Assembly (NCBI GenBank): GCA_012295275.1
Contig: CM022669.1
Location: forward strand, 2,728,001-2,792,000
Source: Chrysomallon squamiferum
Taxonomy: Eukaryota > Animalia > Mollusca
DNA length: 64,000 bases
Reading direction: 5' to 3'
In this document: one piece after another, positions 25,581-38,100 of the stretch
How the letters are laid out: every line of letters starts with the position of its first letter
Position numbering within the stretch: the first letter of the stretch is position 1
Notes under the pieces: model-generated
Told to the model about the DNA's origin: nothing
Databases searched by the model: none
What the model saw: the letters and a program-made list of their open reading frames with translations, nothing else
Program-made: the position numbers and the translations under genes

Positions 25581-26559
25581 CTAGGAATTCCACAACACTT
25601 TGGACTGTTTTATGCAATGGGATTTGCACTGCCCAAACTATTCAAACTTTCAGTTTGGTATGAATATCTCTATCTATCAATCTGTGTCTATCTGTCTATT
25701 TCTCTATCTATCTACCTATCTGTGTCTATCTCTAGTAATATATATATATATATATATATCTCTAATCTATCTCTCTATCCATACCTATGTTAATAAACTA
25801 AATTAGGAGTAGTTAGCATAATCTTGATGAATGAATCAATGAAAAAATAAAGGTAAAAAAAATAAAAGACTAATGTGCTGTAGATATATTGGTAGATTAC
25901 TTGTACAAAAAATTGTTTATTTATTTATTTTATTTTTATATAATTTAACAAATGCTTAAGAATATTATATGTTTGTGTAATATTGTGCATGTGTTTCTGT
26001 AAGTTTGTGTGTGTGTGTGTGTGTGTGAATCAGGTTCTGAAATAGATATCTGATTTTATTTTTACTCTAAGAAAAATTTTGATTCAATTTTCAGTTTGAA
26101 ATATAGGACACACTGACATAAATTATTGGCTATTAGAGAGTATTTCTTTAAATTACACACGACTGTTAAGATTTCTCTGTTTTTAATACTGCTATATAAG
26201 ATTTACTTATTGTATTTAATACTAAATAACAGCCAAATAAAGTATAATAAGGAGGTTTAGTAGCCAAAATACAAATGCTCTGGTTTAAATTTTGACTTTG
26301 GGTCATAATAAACCAGTAACCATCTTCCTCTATATTAATCTTTTATTACAATAATTACATAACTGTTAATTATATGTGATAACATACAAGCATTTTCTGC
26401 ATCATCATTACAACACATCAATCTATTATTATAATTTTTAGATAAACTCTTGCTAATCTTTGCAAGTATATTACCAATTTATCTTCTTTTTTTTTTTTGT
26501 TTTCCCTATTGCTCTCTTGATGGGATTAATCTTTGTTTTTAAATAAAACTAATTCTGTA

Positions 26560-27505
26560 ATTATCTGGTCATACTTCTTTATGAAAATAGTGTGGGTGAT
26601 TCCTCATATACTGAATCAGATGAAATCTCTTATATTTAAATAGCTCTCTGTTAAACAGCAGTACCAGATTTCACATGTCAAATTACAAATAACTGTCATC
26701 CCTCATCAACAGGTAATGGAAATCAGAATAACCCAAAAATGCTTTTGGTTTCTACAGATGTCCTGCCAGTAAGCAGAATTTACATGATTAATTTAAGCGA
26801 CCTTCACCTCAGGAAAAGCTCTGTGGTAAAAAATCTATGAATTGGCAGCTACCAATATACAGATTTACATACTCTTTATGTAAGGTCCATGAAAGGTTTA
26901 TTTCTCTAGGACAGAGACTAAGAACTTTCCCAAAGTTTCTTGAATAAAATGTTCTTTGTTTTATTTTATCATACAGTAAACAAAACCCTATGAACATCAT
27001 TGAAAACTTGAAATCAACTGTGTGTTCATTTGTTCAAATAAATATTCAAAATAATTTGCCATAAAGGTTTCTTTCAACTTACTGAATGTTTTCTTTGTTG
27101 TTTTATATCATATGTTTGACATTAATAACTGGCAAGTCACATCTGCTATTGTTATCACCTTCCAATCCAGGAACATCATCTGCATTATATGTCAAATATG
27201 CTTAAGACAAAAATTACAAAACTTCTAAATTAAATAAAGTAAAGCCTACAAATGACAAATCTAGATTGATACTTTATTCAGATATTCATTATTTCACAGT
27301 ACATTAACAGAATACTGAATTTTTTGTGCAGCTAAAACGAGCCAAATTAATTTTAATTAAGTTTAAAATAAATAAATAAATTAAAGTGAATGTATTAAGA
27401 AATAAAATCAAAGTATTCTGATTGATACTAGTAAAGATTGTTAACATAACCACACAGAATATTTTACATGTATTACAATGAAAAACAGTGCCAATAAACA
27501 CATCT

Positions 27506-27542
<37 letters not shown>

Positions 27543-28045
27543 AATTATTCATTCAAAATAACAAAATACACAGAATATTTTATGAGTACAGTAATGATAT
27601 ATGTGGCAACAGGTATCCCAGGTCCTCACATTGTGGGTCATTTTGTACCACATAACCAGACATTCTGTTTCCCACCCCATGCAGAGTAAGTGCTCATTAT
27701 GAAATTAAAGGACATCATCTTTTTTCAGGATAGTGTCGTTTTCCTTATACGGTATCAGCACAGAATCTGCTTAATACTTTCACTGATTTAATAACATTTG
27801 AGTTAGTACTGAGCATTTTTATGGCTATCAGAATATACATATAGACAATTCTGAATTAAAGAATTAAAACATAAATTTAACAAAATGTTAACAATAAAAT
27901 AAATTATTATAAAGATACAAACAAACAACAATAAAACAACAAAAAAACTGACAGATTTATCTGCACAATAATGATAAAAAGTAATAATTTTTTAATTGCT
28001 ATTGTTAAACATTTAAACATTCAAAACATCAATCTTGGATAAAAG

Positions 28046-28076
<31 letters not shown>

Positions 28077-28960
28077 TAACTTTCATACCTGCAACAAAAT
28101 GCTAACAATAAAAAGTATTATCTCAAAAATATAGATATTAACAACAAAACATGCAGTGTTTAAAAAAACAGTAATAATAAAATTAATTATTGTAAGTGTA
28201 AATAATGCTTATACTCTTAATGAAGCTAGATCATATAAAAATAAACTATATAATACCTAGTAATAATATTCACAAATTATTACTGAATAATTCAATAAAT
28301 TAATGACAACCAATTTATCAAAATATAACAGACAAGAGACATGCTGAACAGTCAAAATTTCAGGTCAATATCAGATTGTGATAGGAAGAAGTTGGGAATA
28401 TTTGTCACGATCACACATTCTGGTCTTTGCTAGACAGTGCAACTGTGACAGCAAAGAGATGGGGTATATTTGTCATGTCACCCTTTCTGAAAAAATTTGA
28501 CAGAGGGAAACTGTTAAAGTGAAGAGAAAATGCCTCTTCTGGTCACTGTCTGTTCAGCATCTGGCTGCCTGACAGTAATGTTTGACAGAAGGAATAGGCG
28601 ACCTTCTACAATGCAATATCCATGATACTTTGATTGATAGTGTGTAACAACAGATGTTTTTTGTTAATGACATTTGTTTAAACAGTTCAGCAAAATGATT
28701 ACAAAAGTTTTCCTTCAAACCGATAATTTTAAAGGTAGTCTGCCAAAAAAAAAAAAAGAAAAAAAAGTGGAAAATAAAAATAATAATAAATATATAATAA
28801 AAATAAATGAAGGTAAATTAATAATTCAAAAATAAATAAATAAAACTTCTAGATACGGTCTGAATCACTGAATTACCTGTTTAAATCAAATACACATCAA
28901 ATGCATTTTTTTCAGACTGAATGAAATTTTTTATTTTTTAATATTCATTTTCTATAACTT
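26560..28960 (-). ncRNA. Candidate spliced long non-coding RNA divergent from the ubiquilin promoter
   Basis: Minus-strand donors at 28876 (CAG|GTAATT), 28087 (CAG|GTATGA), 27082 (CA|GTAAGT); candidate acceptors before 28739, 27850, 27503, 27179 (long T-runs at 28739 and 27503); no long ORF; hairpin-rich blocks. No expression evidence. Confidence 0.4.
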
Positions 28961-29058
28961 TTGCGCTATATTACCGGAAACGGAAATAATCTCATATACC
29001 ATAAGGCTTTGCGGTGTGGGGGGGGTGAAAAAAAAAAGGAAAAAAAAAAGCGATAATA
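28955..29058. promoter_or_regulatory. Ubiquilin promoter with tandem ETS-type sites
   Basis: ACCGGAAACGGAAAT at 28973-28987; YY1-like AATGGCGG overlapping the start codon. Confidence 0.55.
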
Positions 29059-32000
29059 ATGGCGGAAGGCTCCGAAAATTCTGGATCTACCATGAAAATC
29101 ACAGTCAAAACACCAAAAATAAAACATGATGTTGAAATTGGTACTAATGGCTCCGTGAAAGAGGTAGTATATATATTCATGATAAACAGTTAAATTTTAA
29201 CTTTTTCATTTGATCTTTAGCAACAATAATGGATATTTCCGGGAGAGATAAAAAAAATTAAAAATATAATATAGCATGACGCGACATAAATTCTAATGTG
29301 ATCGTTAAGTAAATCGGATTAATTGAAATTTTAATATTTTTTAAAAGAATGATTGCTTTTAAGAAATTGTTGACGATTACACAAAGAAAATAATATTTTT
29401 TTTTAATGGAATAACAGATCACATCACCTGATCATGACATGTCAACTTAGGATCTTTTTAATTGTATCGTATAATCATAATACATATGGACTAATCTTTA
29501 TCATCTATTGTCAGATGTTTCGATATTTTGTTTCCAATATTTATGTGGAGATAGGTGGAACTTTTAGCATTCAACAATTTCAAATATTCAAGTTATTGCC
29601 AACTTTCCCTCTGTCAAATTTTACTAACATACTGCATAGTAACATATAAGTAGTAGCATTTTTAAAATATATATTCTGATACCAAACTTTTCAGTCGTTA
29701 CGTACTGACAAAAAATAAAAACGAGTTAACCTTTGTATATACTGTCATATTATTTATGTTTATTTTTATTAGCTTAAGACTAATTACATAATAGAAATCA
29801 TACCTTCTCTTATTTTGGATAATCTTTATTGATTATTAATACCACATTTGGAATCAAATATAGTAAAAAGAATTAAAGGTCTCTTATCTTTAAGAATATG
29901 CATAAATGAGAAGATGACAAATATATGTTGTTTTTGCAAAGAATTATATATATGTAAAACTCACACCTTACATATATTTAATTTTTTGCCAACAATCTCA
30001 CAGTGAAGTAGTTTTCTTTTGAAATTCTATGCTATTCTGTTAGTATCTATTTTTCATAGATACCAAGAACAGCAGAGTACTTGAAATATATAATTTTTTC
30101 AAAAGAAAACTACTTTACTGTGAGATTTTAAACATAGTTATTTACAGTCACTGTCACTTTTAGCATAAACTGAAATATATTCTGATAGATGGCTATTCAC
30201 ACTGGTAGTATTTTTGGACATGTTTCTTGCTAGTCAAAGTCTATTTTCATTATCGTATATGTTTAGTGAATACATAAAATGACACATCAGTAAAAAATCA
30301 ATGTTTGGCCAAAAAACTTACATGTCCCTCTGATATCTAGGAGGTGCAGAGTTTAAAAACTGATGTCCTAAAACTTCTGATATTATTAATCCCAAACATT
30401 TCTTAGATAACGTAGTACAGTGAATAATTTTTTTTATATAAAGAAATGTTTTATGGTTACCTGTTTCTACATCCTAGCACAGAATTTAATGTCAGCTATT
30501 TTTGTTTTGTTTTTAACACTAACAGTTCTCTTCCTGCATCATTGAGAAATACATTAAAAATTTTAAAATAATTTTTTTTTTTTTTTCCTTTCTATTATTT
30601 ATCTTTTTTTTTTTTTTTTTTTTTTATATATATCAGTTGAAAGAGAAAGTTGCTAATCTGTTTGGTGCGCAGATTGAACAATTGTGTTTGATATTCGCTG
30701 GCAAGATTTTGAAGGATCCCGATACACTGGCACAACACGGCATAAAAGATGGTCTTACTGTGCACTTAGTTATCAAATCAACAAATAAGGTAAATTAACT
30801 AGTTACATTTATCCTGATCAGTTTATATGTACATTTACAGCAGTTGATATTAAGCCATTCCTTTTAATGTTTAAAAATACAGAAACTGCCAGTGGAAATG
30901 CTTTCTTTTTTTGTCATTGTCCTTCTGTCATAATTTATTTTTATAAGATTAACTGGTCTATTTTAAATATTACTGAAAGATTATTTGTATATAGGTTAAG
31001 AACATAAATATATTGCATTACTGTTGTAATTTGTATAGACTGTGTTTGTGTTGTATAATTTTATCTTAATTACTCTATCTATGAAACAAACAATTCAGGA
31101 TGTGTAGATTAGATATAATAAAAGGAAATTAATACAATAATACATGCACATTGCTTGTCCAGTTAAGCCGTTCTGAATCACACATTTATCATAACCCTCT
31201 CCCAACCCATTTTCCATTTATGTAAGAATAAATATGCACCCATAATCATCATAACCTAACAAATTTTCTTCAAGCCTAGACTACATTTTAATACTGTACA
31301 TTTTTTTTAATGTAATCTGTATGACATTTGTTTACACAGTTTTTATGTCTGTATATTGTTCTTGTATTATTATATTATCTAATTTACTGTATTGTATAGC
31401 TGTTATGTGTACAAAAGTTAAACATTTTAGTAAATTTTAGGGTTAATGTTTACATTTGGAATTTTCCAAACTTCTGCATTTTCCTCTCCACTGTTCCCCA
31501 CAAATTTTCAGGATCAGGTACTGCAAAAAAATATGTTTGTTGTGAAAGTGATTAACTTCTTGAACCAGCTCCAACCTTATTCTATACTTTCCTAAGGAAA
31601 TATATTCCTTGATGATTATATGTGGATAAAATTACAGAAGAAATTATTGGTAGTACCAAGGACAAATAGTAATGAAAATAATTTCCAATAATTCTGAATT
31701 TATGCAGTTAAAAATCTGGCTGAAAATCAAAAGTGAAATTATAATACAGTGCATTGTCTGATCATAAAATATATATTAAATTAATGTAATTGTTTAATAT
31801 ATGTATATCAGACGCTTGAATCTACTCCGGGAACACCCTCCACTGATTCTTCTTCTTCTTCAAGGGTGAGTATCAGATTGAACACAGCATAGTATTGATT
31901 TCCTTTGAAATAATATAAATCTGTTAAGTATACAGTGTCATCTTAAAATGAGTTGTTTAATTGTTCTTGTTTATGTGCTGTCCTTATATGTTAAAAAACC

Positions 32001-32084
32001 CATCTTAATATGTCAATGATGCTAATTATAGAATTTGTTTAAAATTTAATTGTTTTGTTTTTTATAATTATTTTTAAATTGTAA

Positions 32085-32118
<34 letters not shown>

Positions 32119-35100
32119 TACTGCATATGCATGTACACTACAATATGCTTTTATCTACTTTCTCCAGCCTGCTACTGAACCTAATGCAGCACAACCAAAT
32201 GTTGGTGCCTCACCGTTTGGACTGGGTGCTCTAGGAGGTTTAGCAGGAATGGGGAATTTAGGAATGGGGTCAGCAAACTTCATGGAGATGCAACAACGTA
32301 TGCAGCAAGAGGTAATTCTTTCTTGCGTGAATCCCTCCCCCAAATAACATTGTAGTGTGGATTATTGTATTAAGACTAAAATTTTCAAGCAGTGAATATT
32401 TTTTAAATTTAAAATTAGGTACCAGCAAGCAAATTTGTTCTGACTTTAATTTCATGTAATATGCAAGACCATTAGCACAAACTGAAAGCTGTAGCAAAAA
32501 GAAACAAAACACTCCAAAAATTATGACTATTTCCAGTGGTTCAAAAGATATGTGCAATTGGTTCAACAGGTTATTTGGTCCGTTTTCAACCATATTTTGG
32601 AGTGCTAGGACCAACTTGTTAAATGAGCTCAATTTGTTTTCAGACCTGTATGTTTGTATGTGTGTCACAATAACAGGCCAAAATCTTCCAAATGACATGC
32701 AGCAGAATGCTCATAAAATGACTAAAAGTGCAAAAAGACACTGTGGGTTCAGTTTTGGTCTTGTGAACAGTTTGTCAAGATCTTTCAAATGACATACTTG
32801 AATCAAACATTTGTAATAAATAATCTTTTTTGTTTTTTTTCTCCAGCCAAACCCATAAAAAAAAATTACCTTTTCAATTTGAATTAAAAATGTGAGTCAG
32901 TGCACCGTTCAATCAACAGCAACCATGAATTTTCTGGCCCTGTAAGCCCCAAAACTGAGAAAACAAGTCAGGGTAGTTTCAGCAAGAATTAATTAGAATT
33001 TAACAATTATTTGTTGTTGTTTATAGTTTAAAGAGCAGCTGATCTGCCATTGCTGCAGTCATTGAAAGAATTATTATTATTATTATTTTTATTTGATTTT
33101 TTTAATTTATAGCTTAACATATGTTTGAACTGTAGATGCATTTATTTTAGAGTCGTATTGCATTTCAAGGTAGTTAAAGGACTCATGGGTGGCCATTTAA
33201 AAGAAAATCAACAAAGAACCATAATTGATATGGGTCAAACACCTTTATATAGAAGAGCACAACTTTATTTATATAAGCAACTTGAATTTTCACTCTGTTA
33301 AATAATTAGTAGTAGTAAGGTAAGATGCATATAAATGTTACTTGAAAGGACAACAAGCATTTGATGTTTAACTATAATCCTCTGCAATACATAAACTCAG
33401 TTAATCCTTAGCGTCTAGTCCTGAAAGGTGTTGCAAGTATTAATTAAGGGCATAAAATGTATGGCATCATGAGACTAGGGCCAATTAAAGACACAGATGT
33501 GATAAGCCTGTCATTTGAAGCAGATGTAAAATACTTTTCTTAGCTTTGTACTTGCTGTGATTTGACAGCAAACATAAGTTACCTATCATCTGACCATTGT
33601 TTTTCTCAGAGCTTATCAACAAGCAAAAACAATCTAAGTTTTAAAACTGATCCATTTATGATTTTATGATATAAAAAAAAAAGTGATTAGTTTTTTTTAT
33701 TCAGCATTCCATCAATACCTCTAAATTCATAGTTCTTTTATGTAGTATAGTTTGTTAGGTTTACAATTCTTAATATGCACTGTATCACAAACATTTTGAA
33801 AGCAAAATAATTGACTGTTTTAGAACAGAAGATAGTAATCAGCAAAACACAATGTTAAATTATTTATTTCAGAATGTACTCATATTATATTCAGTAGAAG
33901 TCATAACATATAATAAAATAAGCATCCTACAAAAATATAATCAACATAGAAATATAATCATTTCAACTAGCACCAGTTCTTTTTTGTTGCACATAAAATC
34001 TGTGGCAGTTTGGGCTGGGAGTAACCATTTATGGTAGTTTTGCTACACAAGTGCTGTAATGTATACACTAAAATTAGGAACATTGAAGAAAAACATACAG
34101 CCAACAAGTTATTAAAAATATAAACAACATATAAATATCATTTTAAACAGTGCCAGACCTTTCTAGTTGTACATAAAATCAACTTTCAAATACGGAGTGT
34201 GTCTACTTCAAAGAAGGTACATGGTAATGTTGCACATTGTTTGAAAGGTAATTGAATGAGCTTTCATTTGATCCCATGAATGTAGGTTTTATTTTCAGCC
34301 AGTTTTTTTAAAAACTGGTTTGAATGCAAGAAAAAGTACATTTTTAATATAAACCACTGCCAGCAGTGACATGCATGCTGTTAGAAAGATTGAACTTTGA
34401 CCCTCCTAGCTGTACCAAAAGTAACATTGAAGCCATTTTCATGTAGACAAGCCAGGCGTTTGTAGATCGATACTGTTTTAGGACTTTTTACTCCACGCTG
34501 TTAATTGCTGACCATGGGCCCCAAAGTGCATTTACCCCCCACTGTGTTTGACACTCTTGTACAAAGGACTGGTTTACTAACACATAATAAAAACAACATC
34601 ACCATTTAAAAGAACTCATAATGATCTTCATTTCCATGTATTTGTTTTATAGAAGGGATATGGAAGTGGAGAAAATCAGAACTTATAACAGTTTGACCAA
34701 TTATATTCCATGTATACATTTTGTTTTTTTATATAAACTAACTGATTGTGTAAATTGCAAAACAATATAATATTATTTTATACTAACCATAATAACAAAA
34801 TAGATGTTATTTCTTCTCGTTTTCATTGACATCAAATGCATTAAAACAGTAATGTTCCTTAAATAATATAACCCAGTTTTGTTAATTTATATTTCAGTAA
34901 TTAAATCAAAAAGGAAAATAATACCAGATAGTTGAGAAAAAGGGACTGATGAATATTTATATCTTTAATGGTTATCCCTTTCTCTGTCTTTGGATATTAG
35001 AGTACTTGACAAAATGTTGTTTAATTATGTCTAGAAAATGTATTTTTGTGTTGCTCAGTATTGCTGGTTGCCAAAGCATTATTGTTCAAGAATAAAAAAT

Positions 35101-38100
35101 CCATACATGCCAAATAATATATTTAATTTACTGAGAATGTTGATATGCTCATTCAGATGTTGAATAATCCGGACATGCTACGTCAAATGATGGAAAACCC
35201 ATTCGTTAATCAGCTGATGTCAAATCCAGATGTTATGAGACAGCTAATAACAAACAACCCACAGATGAGGGAACTCATGGAGGTGATATTAGTGTTTTAT
35301 TTATTTCTATTTTTAAATACTACTAGCACATAAAATGAATCTTGAAAGAACAGATAATAATTGTTTTAGTAATGTGCATTTTACATCGCAGCTTAGTAAA
35401 CAGAATGTTTGAACATACAAACATATCAAAAATACAGATATAGAACAAACGTGTTCAGTTTATTTAAATAATGTATTTTATTTTTGACGTTTTACTGTTT
35501 TTAATCTTTTGTTATTATTTTTGTTTCTTTCTATGCTTGAACACCAAAAAAATGTGCAAATTTTATGATTTATTAGAGAAAAATACTTCTCTGAATTAAT
35601 AAACTTTAGATAATTTAATTTACTTTCAAGTTTAAATTTCTTTTCTGTCAAAATGCTTATTGTTGATGTAAACTACAGCAGATATGCAATGAAATGCTGT
35701 TTATTTCTTTATGTTTAAATTAAGTGGTGAAACAAAAGTTTAAATTTTATTTTTTAGCGCAATCCTGAAATAACACATATGTTGAATAATCCAGAACTAA
35801 TGAGACAGGTAAGCTTCTTAGGTATTGTTTTTACTTTAGACAAAATTGTGTATGCTTCTTTCTGTCCAGGTTTGTGCAAGTCTGCTTGGCTTGTGAACAG
35901 CTTGGGAAACTGTTCTTCATTAATTTGTGAAAATGTGATGGTAAAATTACATGCCTATGATTTAAATATTATGATTATATGGTCATAATTTAGTTGTATT
36001 TATTTTATATAAATATTACCTTGTATTGTTTTCAGGTTTTTCTTGAGCTTGTAAATATTTTGATAAAACACCTAAAAATACCCATAATATATTATAATTA
36101 AGTATATACATATGTTGCAGACAATGGAACTTGCTCGCAATCCTTCTATGTTACAAGAATTGATGAGAACACAGGACCGTGCCATGAGCAACCTTGAGGT
36201 AGGATTTTGTTTTAACAGATAATTTTGTGATTTGTGATTTTAGAGGTGGTTAATATTATTTAAGCAAATGTATCCGTAGATAATTTTGTTTACTAAGTGG
36301 TCACTGAGTGTCATACTATTTTTTATGTAGAGCATACCTGGTGGTTTCAATGCCTTGCAGAGAATGTATCATGATATTCAGGAGCCCATGATGAATGCAG
36401 CACAAGAAGGATTTGGGAACAATCCCTTCTCTGGCCTAGTAAATAATGGTAAGTAGTTCATGTATATTGAGAAATTTGCTTTGTTTTTGATAAAGACTGA
36501 AAAATCAGTGATATATTGCTTTATTACTACTTGTTTTTTTTTCTCTCTTTCATATTTACTTATTTGTTTATGTAGTTAAAACATATATTAGTAGAGTGAA
36601 ATAAAATAAAAATGAATAAATCATTAGTAAGATTTAGTTTTAAACAAATTAAATAGTTTACTACTTTATCTTATTCCTGTGGGGGGGGGGGGAATTAATG
36701 TGCATTAAAGCCTGAAAAAATACAAAATTATCCCATAGCTAACTTAAAATTAAAATTGATGATTGATCACATTTTTCTTTGTTGAATTATTCTTTGATAC
36801 ACTGATAACCATAGATGTTACTAATTGATATGATGTACCTTATTAAGTAGTAACATAGATTAAACAATATTCAGGTAATGCTGAAGCTCAACAAGGTCGG
36901 GAGAATACTGATCCTCTTCCCAACCCATGGGCACCTCCTTCCTCAGGTAGAACATCATCTAGTGGTTCTACTAATACAGGGACATCAGCTGCAGGCAGCA
37001 CAGTGCCAGATGCCAGTCAGTTTAATGCTGCCAGTGGACCATTTGGTAATTTAAAAATTGTTTTGTTTGGGATTAACTTGCTTAATGACTTTTCACCAGT
37101 GGAAATATTCAAATTATTTTTACTTGGTATTTAGTTAACAAAAACACAACTTCAAAGCCTTTGTGAGGTATATGTATAATTTAAAGAAGAGAAAACATGG
37201 CTGTATTCATTATTGATCAGTTATGTTCATCACAAAATAGTGCATAAAAATTAAAACAAAATGTTTAATAAATGAACAATTTTCATTCTTTTTTTTATTT
37301 TTTGATAATTAAATATTACATTGAAGATGTAAAAATGTTTATGTGTTTGAACATGTAAGATGAAGAACTTGTTTACTGGCTGTTTCAGGCATGTTTAACA
37401 GTCCTGGCATGCAGAGTTTGATGACACAAATGATGAACAATCCACAACTGATGAGCAACATGTTGCAGGCACCATACATGCAATCAATGTTACAGTCACT
37501 CAGTGCGAACCCAGAACTTGCTCAGCAGGTATGTTATTTTAAATTATAAAAACTAAAGTTTATTTTAATATATTTTTCTATTTCCAAAAGCTTTATAAAA
37601 CTATAAATTATAAATATATGCTTTTTATAACATTTCACATTCTTATGTAAAAAATAATGTATAGGTTTTGATATTGATATTGATATAGCATATTCTAAAA
37701 TATTTTTCTGAAATTAAATAGTAAATCTGTGTGGGTTTTTTTAAATTTATTTACTTTTTAACTATTGCTGAAATATATTTTTATTCATTCAGACTCTTGG
37801 AAGTAATCCGATATTTCAAGGTAACCCACAACTACAAGAACACTTCAGACAGTATCTACCACAGCTAATGTCCCAGGTTTGTTTTTGCAGTGATAAATTA
37901 TGACTAAAAAGTAAAACTAAGTCAATGAATTGACAATAAATTATATTTAGTCAGAACATTACCATGCAAGATTAAACCATTCCTACATAATACTAAATGT
38001 TCAGACGTAAATATAAAATATTTTATCTGTGACAGACATTTCTCTGATTTAACTTTCATTGTTTGCTTTGTTTCAGTTGATGTTATAATAAAAGATTGTA

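Noticed and set aside
26560-28960. Telomerase RNA, RNase P/MRP, 7SK, U3 or U8 identity for the structured region
   Set aside because: No CTAACCCTAA template and no convincing match to the conserved boxes of these RNAs by eye.
31190-31500. Segment resembling ~9650-9950 (CTGTTATGTGT..AAAGTT.AACATTTT.GTAAAT)
   Set aside because: Probably a shared old dispersed repeat; similarity too patchy to delimit or classify.
32370-34650. ORFs and repeat-like sequence in ubiquilin intron 4
   Set aside because: Likely transposon debris; no terminal repeats or protein motifs that I could define.
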